NCBI GenBank assembly: GCA_963826125.1
Contig: CAWGVV010000002.1
Coordinates: 356,613 to 420,612, forward strand
Direction of reading: 5' to 3'
From: an uncultured delta proteobacterium
GTDB taxonomy: Bacteria; Desulfobacterota; Desulfarculia; JACQYL01; CAWGVV01
DNA length: 64,000 nucleotides
Part shown: positions 9,939 to 19,071 of the stretch, piece by piece
How positions within the stretch are numbered: position 1 is the stretch's first letter
Layout of the letters: the number at the start of each line of letters is the position of its first letter
Made by a program: the position numbers and the translations under genes
The notes under the pieces: generated by a model
The model's database searches: none
Told to the model about the DNA's origin: nothing
Seen by the model: only the letters and a program-made list of their open reading frames with translations

Positions 9939-10797
9939 CCAACATAATCCCTAGAGGAAGCCATAGTTGGCGAAGTTCTGCTTCGCTCATGGTATCAACG
10001 CAGGCGCGGACGATTTCTCGGATGCCGGTAGGCATCGGCAAAAGGTGAGTACTGCCAGCAACTCTTTCGGGAGATAATGTTTCTTCCCTTAGTAGCTTCT
10101 TTCGCCTAAAGCCCCTCACATAAGAAGCAAACCCTTCAATCTCATCTTCATCCAATCCCAGAGATTTCAGCCTCTCTTCGAGGAACTTATTTAACATGAT
10201 CATACGCAGTGAAAGCAGGCGAGCATGGGCGGTTTTCCCTCCACGACTTCCAACTTCTTTAGAAAAAGGCAACCAGAAATTGTTTCCTTTCAGTTCAAAT
10301 TCTTCGGCGTTTTGAGGGAACTCGCTCTGTATAAAAAGAGAGGCAATTTTTCGATACTCATCTTCAGTAACCTTCTGTACCTCACAATATCCTTCTGGAA
10401 TTTCCTCCCCCTCTGATAGCACAACCAATTTTTTGTTATCCGGGGAAAAAAACAATCTCTCCCGCAACATCGGATTGCTAAACGCCCTCCAGGGGTTTTT
10501 TCTTTCGCTTTCTTTCTCTCCCGCCCCTTTAGAGACGCCAGCGGGAATGTCCCCAAGCCTTTTTCTATGTGTGTAGACGTTATCCATTCCGGATTTTCCC
10601 GTCGATATTACATTAGTGCATCTCGCTTCGATAAGGCCCCGTATTCCTCCAAACTTTTCTTTGACATCTAAATCCCTTATCTGGTCACTAAAAAATTCCC
10701 CAAGCTCAGTTCCTAAGACTTGGGGGGCAGGGTGCTTCAGGCAAAAATTTTCTATGTCTGTTACTATTCGCCCAATATTTTCATCATAACTGTCCAT
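9919..10797 (-). CDS. Hypothetical protein (~293 aa), proximal gene of the islet operon; no recognisable domain
   Basis: ORF in AT-rich DNA. The first in-frame ATG I can verify is at 10797 (MDSYDENIGRIV...), while the ORF track extends it to 10809. It is charged and helical (many E/K/R) and contains an R-x5-H stretch (RGGKTAH) whose significance is unknown. Confidence 0.55.
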   Translation of the reverse strand: MDSYDENIGRIVTDIENFCLKHPAPQVLGTELGEFFSDQIRDLDVKEKFGGIRGLIEARCTNVISTGKSGMDNVYTHRKRLGDIPAGVSKGAGEKESERKNPWRAFSNPMLRERLFFSPDNKKLVVLSEGEEIPEGYCEVQKVTEDEYRKIASLFIQSEFPQNAEEFELKGNNFWLPFSKEVGSRGGKTAHARLLSLRMIMLNKFLEERLKSLGLDEDEIEGFASYVRGFRRKKLLREETLSPERVAGSTHLLPMPTGIREIVRACVDTMSEAELRQLWLPLGIMLDALLRR

Positions 10798-10823
10798 CAC
10801 TTTCCCCACTTTTACAAAATAAA

Positions 10824-10848
10824 AAACCCACCAATTCAGTGGGTTTTA
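10824..10848. terminator. Bidirectional stem-loop (aaaaccca / tgggtttt arms) flanked by A/T runs
   Basis: An 8-bp perfect stem with a 9-nt loop. On the minus strand it is followed by TTATTTTGT, and on the plus strand it is followed by an A-run. It sits only ~15-25 nt upstream of the islet operon start. Confidence 0.45.
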
Positions 10849-11371
10849 TAAAAAAATACCGACTTTAGCTACATTATGATAAATTACTAAAATAAAATCA
10901 CCGACAAGAACAATTTTTCGTTGTATCATTGCCGTAGCCCCACGCGGAGTCCTGACGAAGGGCTCGCGATGCGAGTCATCCTTTTTTTGGACAACCCCCT
11001 AGAACTCATGCTCTAGGCGCTCCGGGAACATAAATTCCCCATCGCCAAATGTAAAATAACACCCCGACCACTCTTCGTCAAGCATTTTTGATATTGTCAA
11101 ATTTTTAGGTACAATCAAGTCCTAGAACTTAAGAAGCCGTCGATCCACGCATGCCTAAAAGATTACCTTAAGCTTGACGTGTCGTCCACGTGAATTCCTT
11201 TCGTGATGCTTTGAGCGGCTCACGATCGCCAGGTCACGGCCGACTCCTGGATATGTCAAACTTTTCAGCCTCCCCGACGAAGCCGGGGGAACACCCCTTA
11301 CGTTAGCCGCTAAGTAATACATCGACCCAAAGCGCGCTCGGTAAGTTCTTCCAGAAATCAAGGGTTATCAT

Positions 11372-13051
11372 CTACACCCTCTCCGGCACGGAAAACGGCA
11401 GAAACACGTCCACGCGCTTTCCGCCCAGTTGGCCCTGTTTCATGTCGATACGGCCGCCGTGCCAAGCCACGATTTTCCGGGCCGTGGGCAATCCGAGCCC
11501 GGCGCCGAAAGTGCGGGAGGTGAGGATGGGATCGGTGAGCACCGGCAGGACCGAATCGTCAAACGGGGCTCCGTTGTCTTCTATGGACACGGAAACTTCG
11601 TCCCGGGAGCGGTGCGTCTGGATGGTGAGGACCAAGCGGCCGTCGGTATCGTTTATGGAATGGACGGCATTGCCGATGAACTGAGCCAGCACCCGCTTCA
11701 TGCCCGTGGTATCGAGGTAGATGTCGGGAACGTCGTCGGGGTCGTACTGTTTCACCACGGAGACGTTTTTCTCCTTGATGGGCTGGCGGAATTCTTCGAG
11801 CGCCTCCTCGGCGAGCAGCGAAAGGTTCATGGCGTGGAAGTCCGGCTGGTAGTGCCGGCTGAAGTCGCTCAGTTCATGCAGCACGTGATCGATGCGGGAG
11901 GCTTCCTGCAGAATCATGGAGATGTATTCGCTCTTGACCGCTCCGGTTTTGGACAGCCGGTGGACGAACCCGCCCAGGCTGAGCAGCGGATTGCGGATTT
12001 CGTGCGCCACCGCCTGCAGGGCCGACTCGATGGCTTTGTCCCGCGCCTGGGCAATCTGTTCGTAGGAGCAGGAATCCCCCGAGCCGAACTGTGACTCGGC
12101 GCGGTCCAGGAACATTTGGATCTGCCCGGCCATGTGAAAATTGAGCTTCTGCAACGCCTGATTGGCCCGTTCCATGACGGCCAGCAGATCTTTTTCCTTA
12201 TCGGACTCCAGTTCCATGGCCGATGCCGTCTGTTCCATCCGCATGATGGCGTCGATGAGGATGTCGTTTATGGCGTGTGGAGTAACGTGGTAGAGCTTGT
12301 AGCCGTTCTTGTGCAGGGCGTAGAGGCTGTTTCCCTCGGTGAACAGGGTTTCGGACCCCAACCGGGCCAGTTCGCACAGGCGCGCCAAGGGCGACGCCTC
12401 ATCGTGAAAGGCCTTGGTGCCGAAAAACGACTGTACTTCGATGAGCCGTGCGGGAAACCGCCATTTGGTGAGAATTATCCGGCCCGCTTCCCGGTGGTCG
12501 ATGGCCAGCGCGTTTCTTTCCCACTGGAGGAGCTGTTCGGTGGGGGGCCGGCCCCGCGGATAGCTTCCGCGTTCCTCGGGAGAAAGTGCGGTGTAGAGCA
12601 TCAGTTGGCCGATTTCCAGGATGAGGGCGGCCACGAAGGCTTCCTCCGCCGGGATTTCGCCGATTTTCAACGCAAGTTCGTGGGCGATGAGCGCCCGATA
12701 GAGTGATATCTTCCAGAAGCCGTCATAGTCCATGCCCCCCTGCACTCCCAGGGGGAAGGTGTCGCGGAGCGACAATCCAAGCGCAATGCTCCTCACCCGC
12801 TCTATCCCCAGAAGGACCACCGCCCTGGACAGAGTGGACACTTTGGTGCGCTGGGCGTAGAAGACGCTGTTGCACAGTTTCAGCACGCGGGTGGTGAGGG
12901 AAGGGTCCTGGCCGATGAGATCGGAGATGTCCCTGACCGTGCAGGATTCATCGGAGGCCGTTTCGATGAGCCGGACGGTCAAAGGAGAAAGCGAAGGCAG
13001 AGCTTCGCCTTCCTCGATACGCTTGAGTATTTCGACCCGTCTCCCCGGCAT
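11372..13051 (-). CDS. Sensor histidine kinase with N-terminal HDOD domain
   Basis: An N-terminal HDOD-like region (...DISDLIGQDPSLTTRVLKLCNSVFY...) is followed by a HisKA H-box (AHEIRNPLLSLGGF) and a HATPase_c domain with a G-box (GAGLGL). It lies 25 bp downstream of alaS on the same strand. Confidence 0.8.
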   Translation of the reverse strand: MPGRRVEILKRIEEGEALPSLSPLTVRLIETASDESCTVRDISDLIGQDPSLTTRVLKLCNSVFYAQRTKVSTLSRAVVLLGIERVRSIALGLSLRDTFPLGVQGGMDYDGFWKISLYRALIAHELALKIGEIPAEEAFVAALILEIGQLMLYTALSPEERGSYPRGRPPTEQLLQWERNALAIDHREAGRIILTKWRFPARLIEVQSFFGTKAFHDEASPLARLCELARLGSETLFTEGNSLYALHKNGYKLYHVTPHAINDILIDAIMRMEQTASAMELESDKEKDLLAVMERANQALQKLNFHMAGQIQMFLDRAESQFGSGDSCSYEQIAQARDKAIESALQAVAHEIRNPLLSLGGFVHRLSKTGAVKSEYISMILQEASRIDHVLHELSDFSRHYQPDFHAMNLSLLAEEALEEFRQPIKEKNVSVVKQYDPDDVPDIYLDTTGMKRVLAQFIGNAVHSINDTDGRLVLTIQTHRSRDEVSVSIEDNGAPFDDSVLPVLTDPILTSRTFGAGLGLPTARKIVAWHGGRIDMKQGQLGGKRVDVFLPFSVPERV

Positions 13052-13075
13052 ACTGCTACCTTTGGCGCGGCTCGG

Positions 13076-15712
13076 TTAGTGCTCCCGAAGTAGTCGTCGG
13101 ACCTCCTCCAGAGCTTCCGCGATATGTTCCTTGTCCGGCCCCCCGGCCTGGGCCATGGCGGGCTTGCCGCCGCCTTTGCCCCCCACTTTCCGGGCGGCCT
13201 CCCCCACGATGTTTCCGGCATGGAAACGGGCGGTGAGGTCGGGGCTGACCATGGCCAGCAATACCGCCTTGCCGTCGACGGCCGCGCCCAGCACCATGAC
13301 GCCGCTCTTCATGCGGTCGCGGATGCGGTCGCCCAGTTCCCGCAATTGCCGGTGATCGGAGACGGAGACTTCCGTTGCCAGCAGGGGGACGCCGTTGATT
13401 TCCCGCACCTGCTCGAGCAATCCGTCGATCCCCTTGGCCGCATCCTGCACCTTGAGGTCGGCGATCTCCCTTTCCAGCCCCCGTTGCCGGGCCAGCAGCT
13501 TTTCCACCTTGTCCACAACGTCTTCCGGCCCGGCCTTCACCAGGGACGCCACCTGCTTGAGGGCGCGTTCGCCGGCGCGCAGATAGTCCATGGCGCCGGG
13601 GCCGGTGAGGGCTTCGATGCGCCGGATGCCCGCGGCCACGCTCGATTCGGAGAGAATCTTGAACAGCCCGATTTCACCGGTGGTGGAGGTATGGGTGCCG
13701 CCGCACAGTTCCGCGCTGAAGTCCGCGATGGACACCATGCGCACGCGGTCGCCGTAGCGTTCTTCAAAAAGCGCCATGGCGCCGGTTTTGGCGGCCTCCT
13801 CCATGTCCATTTCCGTGGTGCCCACGGTCATGTTCTTCCAGATGGCGCGGTTGACTTCGTCTTCCACGGCCCGGAGCGTTTCGTCGTCAATGGCTTGGAA
13901 ATGGCTGAAGTCGAAGCGCAGCCGATCCGGCGCCACCAGGGACCCGGCCTGTTTCACGTGGGTGCCGAGGATTTTCCGGAGCGCCGCGTGGAGCAGGTGC
14001 GTGGCCGTGTGGTTCCGCGCCGTGTTGCCGCGGATTTCCTCCTCGTAGGCCACTTCCACATCGTCGCCCACGGAAAGTCCGCCCTTTTTCATCACTCCGT
14101 GGTGTACCACGAGTTCGCCGGCATACTTGACCGTATTTCCCACTTCCATGAGCGCTTTCGGGGTGCGGATCACGCCCACGTCGCCCACCTGGCCGCCGGA
14201 CTCCCCGTACAGGGTGGTTCGGTCCAGCACCACTTCGGCCGCATCGCCTTCGCCGATTCCGTTCACCGGCCCCCCGGCGGTCACCAGCGCAAGCACCTTG
14301 GCCGACGTCCGCTGCTGGTGGTATCCAAGGAAGGGCGTCTGCACCCCCTTGGAGAGCAGGTCGCGGTACACTTCGGGGATTTCCTGCTCGCCGCTCCCCT
14401 TCCACGACTTGCGGGACCGTTCGCGCTGCTTCTCCATTTCCCGGGTGAATCCCGCCTGATCGACGGTGAAGCCTTCTTCCCTTCCCACGTCGAAGAGCAC
14501 GTCCAGCGGGAAGCCGAAGGTATCGTAAAGTTTGAAGGCCAGCTCCCCCGGCAGGGCGGTCACGTTCCGTTTCCGGAACGCCTCGATCTGGTCATACAGC
14601 AGCGCCAGCCCGTTCTCCAGGGTCTGGAGGAAACGTTCTTCTTCGTTCAGGATGACTTTGGACACGAAATCGTGGGACCCGGCCAGTTCGGGATAGGCCC
14701 CTTGCATGGTTTCGACCACTTCCTTGGACAAGTCGAACATGAACGGCTTGTCGAGGCCGATGGCCTTGCCGTAACGAACGGCCCGGCGCAGAATGCGCCT
14801 GAGCACGTATCCGCGGCCCTCGTTGGACGGAAAGATGCCGTCGCTGATGAGGAACGTCACGCTGCGGATGTGGTCGGCGATGACGCGCATGGACAGGTCC
14901 GACTTGGTGTCGTCGCCGTACTGCTTGCCCGATATCCCTTCGAGGCGCCGGAAGATGGAACTGAACAGGTCCGTTCCGAAGTTGGTCTTCTTGCCCTGCA
15001 GGACCGCCGTGATGCGTTCCAGCCCCATTCCCGTGTCGATGCTGGGCCTGGGCAGCGGCTTCATGACCCCGGTTTCGTCGCGGTTGTACTGCATGAACAC
15101 CAGGTTCCACAATTCCAGGTAGCGGTCGCAGTCGCAGCCGGGCGCGCAGTCGGGGCGATCGCACCCCATTTCCGGTCCCTGGTCGATGAGGATTTCGGAA
15201 CAGGGGCCGCAAGGGCCCGTATCGCCCATGGCCCAGAAATTATCTTTCTCGCCCAGGCGGATGATACGATCTTCCGGCAGCCCGACGTCCTTGTGCCATA
15301 TATCGTACGCATCGTCGTCATCGCGGAACACCGAGGCGTAGAGCTTGTCCTTGGGCAGGCCGTATCCTTCAGTGAGTAGTTCCCATGCGAAATGGATCGC
15401 TTCCCGCTTGAAGTAATCGCCGAAGGAAAAGTTGCCCAGCATTTCGAAGAACGTATGGTGCCGGGCCGTATAGCCGACGTTCTCCAGATCGTTGTGCTTG
15501 CCGCCGGCGCGGACGCACTTCTGCGAGGTCGATGCGCGGACGTAATCCCGTTTTTCATCGCCGAGGAACACTCGTTTGAACTGCACCATGCCCGCGTTGG
15601 TGAACAGAAGCGATGGGTCGTCCTTGGGCAGGAGAGGCGAACTCTTCACCACCCGGTGGTTCCGCTGCGCAAAGTAGTCGAGAAATCGGGCCCTGATTTC
15701 GTTGGAGGTCAT
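13076..15712 (-). CDS. alaS: Alanine--tRNA ligase
   Basis: The 878-aa ORF has the canonical AlaRS N-terminus ([46 protein letters not shown]...) and the editing and C-Ala domains (HxxxH...CxxxH region). Its length matches bacterial AlaS. Confidence 0.95.
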   Translation of the reverse strand: MTSNEIRARFLDYFAQRNHRVVKSSPLLPKDDPSLLFTNAGMVQFKRVFLGDEKRDYVRASTSQKCVRAGGKHNDLENVGYTARHHTFFEMLGNFSFGDYFKREAIHFAWELLTEGYGLPKDKLYASVFRDDDDAYDIWHKDVGLPEDRIIRLGEKDNFWAMGDTGPCGPCSEILIDQGPEMGCDRPDCAPGCDCDRYLELWNLVFMQYNRDETGVMKPLPRPSIDTGMGLERITAVLQGKKTNFGTDLFSSIFRRLEGISGKQYGDDTKSDLSMRVIADHIRSVTFLISDGIFPSNEGRGYVLRRILRRAVRYGKAIGLDKPFMFDLSKEVVETMQGAYPELAGSHDFVSKVILNEEERFLQTLENGLALLYDQIEAFRKRNVTALPGELAFKLYDTFGFPLDVLFDVGREEGFTVDQAGFTREMEKQRERSRKSWKGSGEQEIPEVYRDLLSKGVQTPFLGYHQQRTSAKVLALVTAGGPVNGIGEGDAAEVVLDRTTLYGESGGQVGDVGVIRTPKALMEVGNTVKYAGELVVHHGVMKKGGLSVGDDVEVAYEEEIRGNTARNHTATHLLHAALRKILGTHVKQAGSLVAPDRLRFDFSHFQAIDDETLRAVEDEVNRAIWKNMTVGTTEMDMEEAAKTGAMALFEERYGDRVRMVSIADFSAELCGGTHTSTTGEIGLFKILSESSVAAGIRRIEALTGPGAMDYLRAGERALKQVASLVKAGPEDVVDKVEKLLARQRGLEREIADLKVQDAAKGIDGLLEQVREINGVPLLATEVSVSDHRQLRELGDRIRDRMKSGVMVLGAAVDGKAVLLAMVSPDLTARFHAGNIVGEAARKVGGKGGGKPAMAQAGGPDKEHIAEALEEVRRLLREH

Positions 15713-16740
15713 GCAACTTCCTCGTTCCCGGCCGCCTGTTCGTCTCGGGGGAGAAGGCCGAAATGGATTTTAATGCGCCGTTCGATTTCCACGGAAAGAT
15801 CGGGATTCGCTTCCAACAGCGTCTTCACGTTCTCCCGACCCTGCCCGATGCGTTCCTCTCCGTATGAATACCAGGAACCGCTCTTGTCGATGATGCCCGC
15901 GGTAACACCGAGGTCCACCAGATCTCCGCTGCGGGAAATGCCCTTGGCATAGGTGAGGTCGAACTCCGCTTCCTTGAAAGGCGCAGCGATCTTGTTCTTC
16001 ACCACTTTCACTCTTGTCCGGCTGCCCACCATATCCTGGCCGTCCTTGAGAGCCCCCGTCCTTCGAATGTCCAGACGCACCGAGGAATAAAACTTGAGGG
16101 CGTTGCCGCCGGTGGTGGTTTCGGGGTTGCCGAACACCACGCCGATCTTCATACGGATCTGGTTGATGAAGATCACCGACGCCTTGGATTTGCTGATGAT
16201 GGCCGTGAGCTTGCGCAGGGCTTGGGACATGAGGCGGGCCTGCAGCCCCATGTGGGCGTCGCCCATCTCCCCTTCGATTTCCGCCCGGGGAACGAGAGCA
16301 GCCACCGAATCGATAACCAATACGTCGATTGCCCCGCTGCGGACCAGGATTTCGGCGATTTCCAGGGCCTGCTCGCCGTAGTCCGGCTGGGAAACCAGCA
16401 GATCGTCGGTGCTCACCCCGAGCTTGCGGGCGTACCCCACGTCCAGGGCATGCTCGGCATCGATGAAGGCCGCGATTCCCCCGGCCTTCTGCGCTTCCGC
16501 AATAATGTGCAGGGCCAAGGTCGTCTTGCCGGACGATTCCGGACCGAAAATTTCGACAATGCGCCCCCGCGGCACTCCCCCCACGCCGATGGCGATGTCC
16601 AGGGCCAGCGAGCCGGTTGAAATGGCGGCAACGTCCACCACTCGGCCGTCCCGAAGCCGCATAATGGACCCTTTTCCGAACTGACGCTCGATCTGCCCCA
16701 AGGCGACGTCGACCGCCTTTTCTCGTTCACCTTCTGCCAT
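15709..16740 (-). CDS. recA: Recombinase RecA
   Basis: The ORF carries the [31 protein letters not shown] Walker A region and is RecA throughout. Its stop overlaps the alaS start by 4 nt. Confidence 0.95.
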   Translation of the reverse strand: MAEGEREKAVDVALGQIERQFGKGSIMRLRDGRVVDVAAISTGSLALDIAIGVGGVPRGRIVEIFGPESSGKTTLALHIIAEAQKAGGIAAFIDAEHALDVGYARKLGVSTDDLLVSQPDYGEQALEIAEILVRSGAIDVLVIDSVAALVPRAEIEGEMGDAHMGLQARLMSQALRKLTAIISKSKASVIFINQIRMKIGVVFGNPETTTGGNALKFYSSVRLDIRRTGALKDGQDMVGSRTRVKVVKNKIAAPFKEAEFDLTYAKGISRSGDLVDLGVTAGIIDKSGSWYSYGEERIGQGRENVKTLLEANPDLSVEIERRIKIHFGLLPRDEQAAGNEEVA

Positions 16741-16749
16741 ACGGCCTCC

Positions 16750-17334
16750 TTAGCCTTTCCGATTCTCCGTTCCCGTCGTCATTTCCACTTCCGCCAGGGG
16801 CGTGTACCGGGCTCCGTCGGGAAAGAGGTCGCTCTTGAAAAGAATGAGTTTTGTTACCATAAACGGAACGGGGCGTGCAAGTCCGACACGTGCGAAAAGC
16901 TCTTTTAACCCTTGGATATTTTTTTGTATTTTTACCCGTCCCAGGGTGAGGTGCGGCCGGAAGGCTCTCCCCTCCGGCACAAAGCCCAGAGGCGACAGCT
17001 CCCGGTCCAGTTTTTTCTTTATTTCAGCCAGTTCGGCGACATCGCCGTCCAACCCCACCCAGACGACCCGGGGCCTGGACGGATCGGGAAACGCTCCCAC
17101 GTCCGAAAGACGGAGCGACAACGGCCGCGCGCCCTCGGCCGCTTTTCCAACGGCCCCATGGATGTCGGGAACCTGCTCTTCAGGGATGTCTCCCAAGAAG
17201 CTGAGCGTGAGATGTATTCCGGCAGGTTTCACCCACCGCACTCCCGGCACCGAGTCCTTCAATGCGTTCTGAATCGCCGCCAGGGACGTTCTCACCTCGG
17301 TGGGCAGTTCAAAGGCGATGAAAGAACGGATCAT
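16750..17334 (-). CDS. thpR: RNA 2',3'-cyclic phosphodiesterase (2H family, LigT/ThpR)
   Basis: Two HxT/S motifs (HLTLSFLG and HLTLGRV) are spaced as in the 2H phosphoesterase family. Its position between cinA and recA is the conserved arrangement. Confidence 0.8.
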   Translation of the reverse strand: MIRSFIAFELPTEVRTSLAAIQNALKDSVPGVRWVKPAGIHLTLSFLGDIPEEQVPDIHGAVGKAAEGARPLSLRLSDVGAFPDPSRPRVVWVGLDGDVAELAEIKKKLDRELSPLGFVPEGRAFRPHLTLGRVKIQKNIQGLKELFARVGLARPVPFMVTKLILFKSDLFPDGARYTPLAEVEMTTGTENRKG

Positions 17335-18562
17335 GGGCAGCGTATCTCCTTATCCAGTCCAGCGCCGTATGGGCACTGAGCATCTTGATCCGGGAGCGTC
17401 CCCCTTTGAAGTGGTGCAATTTGGACACCACGCCGTGTTCCGTGGCCAGCCCTATGTACACCGTGCCCACCGGTTTTTCCTCCGAGCCCCCGCCGGGTCC
17501 GGCGATTCCCGTCACCGCCAGCCCCAGGTGCGTGGAACTCACCGCGCGCACCCCCGAAGCCATGGCTTCCGCGGTCGGGCCGCTCACGGCCCCATGCCTC
17601 TCCAGCACTTCGGCGGGTACTCCCAGTTCCTCGATTTTAGCGCGGTTGCTGTAGACGATGAATCCGCGCTCGAAGTAATCGGAGCTGCCAGGAACCTCGG
17701 TGACGAGGTGTCCGATGAGGCCTCCGGTGCACGATTCGGCCACGGAAAGGGTTCGGGCTTCGGCTTTCAACAACCGGCCCACCGTTTCGGCGATGGTGTC
17801 TTCGTCGCGGCCGATGATGTACTCGCCGATCCGCTTTTCGGCCTCGTTCTCCGCAGCCGAGAGTCCGGCGTCCACCAATTCCCGATCATCGCCCCGGCAG
17901 GTGAGCACCACGTGTACTTCCGGAAAATTGGGATAGTATCCGATGGAAAGCCCCGGCAGCGTCCTCTCCATTCCCGAGAGGCAATGGCCCACCTGGTGCT
18001 CGGCGACCCCGAAGAGCTTGAGGGTGCGGACCGCGCAATATTCGGCTCCCTCTTTTCCCAGCAGCGCGGGGATGATGAGCCTGTCCAGCAGATAACTCAT
18101 TTCGTCGGGCACGCCCGGCAGAAAAAAAATCGGCACGCCCCGTTCCACCAGGGAAAAACCGCACATGTTTCCATCGGTATCCATCAACGTGGCGTCCCGC
18201 GGCAACCAGGCCAGCTTCTCCAGCGTGTCGTTCCAAGGGATTTTGCTCTTTTCCAAAACCTCTTTGATGCGTGCCAGCAGTCGTTCGTTGAGGACCAGGG
18301 GCCTTCCCAGCACTCCGGCCACGGACTCGGCCGTGACGTCGTCGTCGGTGGGGCCGAGGCCTCCGGTGACGATGATGAAATCCGACCGCGCCAGCGATTC
18401 CTGAAGACAACGGGCGATTTCCCGTCCGTCGTCGCGCACCGTGGAGACGGCGTCGACGCGGAATCCGGCGGCCGAGAGCCTGCTCGCGGCGTACCATCCG
18501 TTCAGGTTCATGACACGTCCGGAAAGCAGTTCGTCCCCGATGGTGATGATTTCACCGTGCAT
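17309..18562 (-). CDS. cinA: CinA family competence/damage-inducible protein (NMN deamidase PncC domain)
   Basis: An N-terminal MoCF-binding-like domain (MHGEIITIGDELLSGRVMNLNGWY...) precedes a C-terminal CinA domain. I placed the start at the internal Met. It is the first gene of the cinA-thpR-recA-alaS block. Confidence 0.8.
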   Translation of the reverse strand: MHGEIITIGDELLSGRVMNLNGWYAASRLSAAGFRVDAVSTVRDDGREIARCLQESLARSDFIIVTGGLGPTDDDVTAESVAGVLGRPLVLNERLLARIKEVLEKSKIPWNDTLEKLAWLPRDATLMDTDGNMCGFSLVERGVPIFFLPGVPDEMSYLLDRLIIPALLGKEGAEYCAVRTLKLFGVAEHQVGHCLSGMERTLPGLSIGYYPNFPEVHVVLTCRGDDRELVDAGLSAAENEAEKRIGEYIIGRDEDTIAETVGRLLKAEARTLSVAESCTGGLIGHLVTEVPGSSDYFERGFIVYSNRAKIEELGVPAEVLERHGAVSGPTAEAMASGVRAVSSTHLGLAVTGIAGPGGGSEEKPVGTVYIGLATEHGVVSKLHHFKGGRSRIKMLSAHTALDWIRRYAAHDPFFHRL

Positions 18563-18588
18563 CGGCCGTGTTGATGTTCTTTCGTTCG

Positions 18589-19071
18589 TCATGTCTTTGC
18601 CAGCAGATAGAGTACGAGGTGAAGCACGCCGCAGCCGTAAATGCCTGCGCCCACGTCGTCGGCCACCACTCCCGCCCCTCCGGGCAGCCGCTCAAGGTAG
18701 CGGATGGGGAACGGTTTGAGCACGTCGAAAAAGCGAAAGAGCAGGAACGCCGCACAAACGGAGAACAAAGTGGGCGTTACCGCGGCCATGGTCGTCAGGA
18801 ACCCGGCCCATTCATCGATGACGATCCTCTGGCAGTCCTTTTGGCCCCACATTCGTTCGGCCCTCCCGGCGACGATGCAGGCCGCAAGGATGAAAATGGC
18901 CACGGCCGCTACATAGGACCAGCCGGAAAACGCCATGTGGAGCAGCAGGTAGAACAGCACCGCCACCACCGTGCCGAACGTACCCGGAGCTTTGGGAAGG
19001 AAGCCGCTGTACAGGCCGCTGGCCAGCAGACCGAACAGGGCATCGCCCAAACCGGGAGATCGTTCACTCAT
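18589..19071 (-). CDS. pgpA: Phosphatidylglycerophosphatase A
   Basis: A 160-aa hydrophobic protein (MSERSPGLGDALFGLLASGLYSGFLPKAPGTFGT...) typical of PgpA. I placed the start at the internal Met, since the upstream portion of the track ORF overlaps larC. Confidence 0.75.
   Translation of the reverse strand: MSERSPGLGDALFGLLASGLYSGFLPKAPGTFGTVVAVLFYLLLHMAFSGWSYVAAVAIFILAACIVAGRAERMWGQKDCQRIVIDEWAGFLTTMAAVTPTLFSVCAAFLLFRFFDVLKPFPIRYLERLPGGAGVVADDVGAGIYGCGVLHLVLYLLAKT

Larger units (their letters stand above)
8300..11160. other. AT-rich genomic islet (putative horizontally acquired insertion) carrying two unknown genes
   Basis: Base composition is visibly much more AT-rich than both flanks. 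The islet begins right where vapC breaks off and ends before the convergent histidine-kinase gene. Codon usage in its ORFs is A/T-rich at third positions, unlike the neighbouring genes. Confidence 0.6.

Noticed and set aside
9919-10809. Walker-A-like GGKT and HEPN-like R-x5-H (RGGKTAH) in the proximal islet protein
   Set aside because: The spacing does not fit GxxxxGK[ST], and a lone Rx4-6H is common by chance. I noted it in the finding but did not use it for a call.
11160-11370. Searched all three plus frames for the missing C-terminal half of vapC beyond the islet
   Set aside because: Only weak, unconvincing resemblance was found (for example ...RDALSGSRSPGHG...). I cannot claim the PIN remnant is here. 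The islet's right boundary therefore stays approximate.
13124-15379. 751-aa plus-strand ORF antisense to alaS, with nested smaller ORFs
   Set aside because: It is the mirror frame of a high-GC gene, with a Gly/Arg/His-rich low-complexity translation. alaS on the minus strand is unambiguous.
17300-18574. 424-aa plus-strand ORF antisense to cinA; 327-aa alternate frame within larC (19134-20117); 348-aa ORF antisense to the LacI gene (54727-55773); 318-aa ORF antisense to the EAL gene (42764-43720); 321-aa ORF antisense to comM (6662-7627)
   Set aside because: All lie inside confidently assigned genes on the other strand or in another frame. Their composition is GC-driven.
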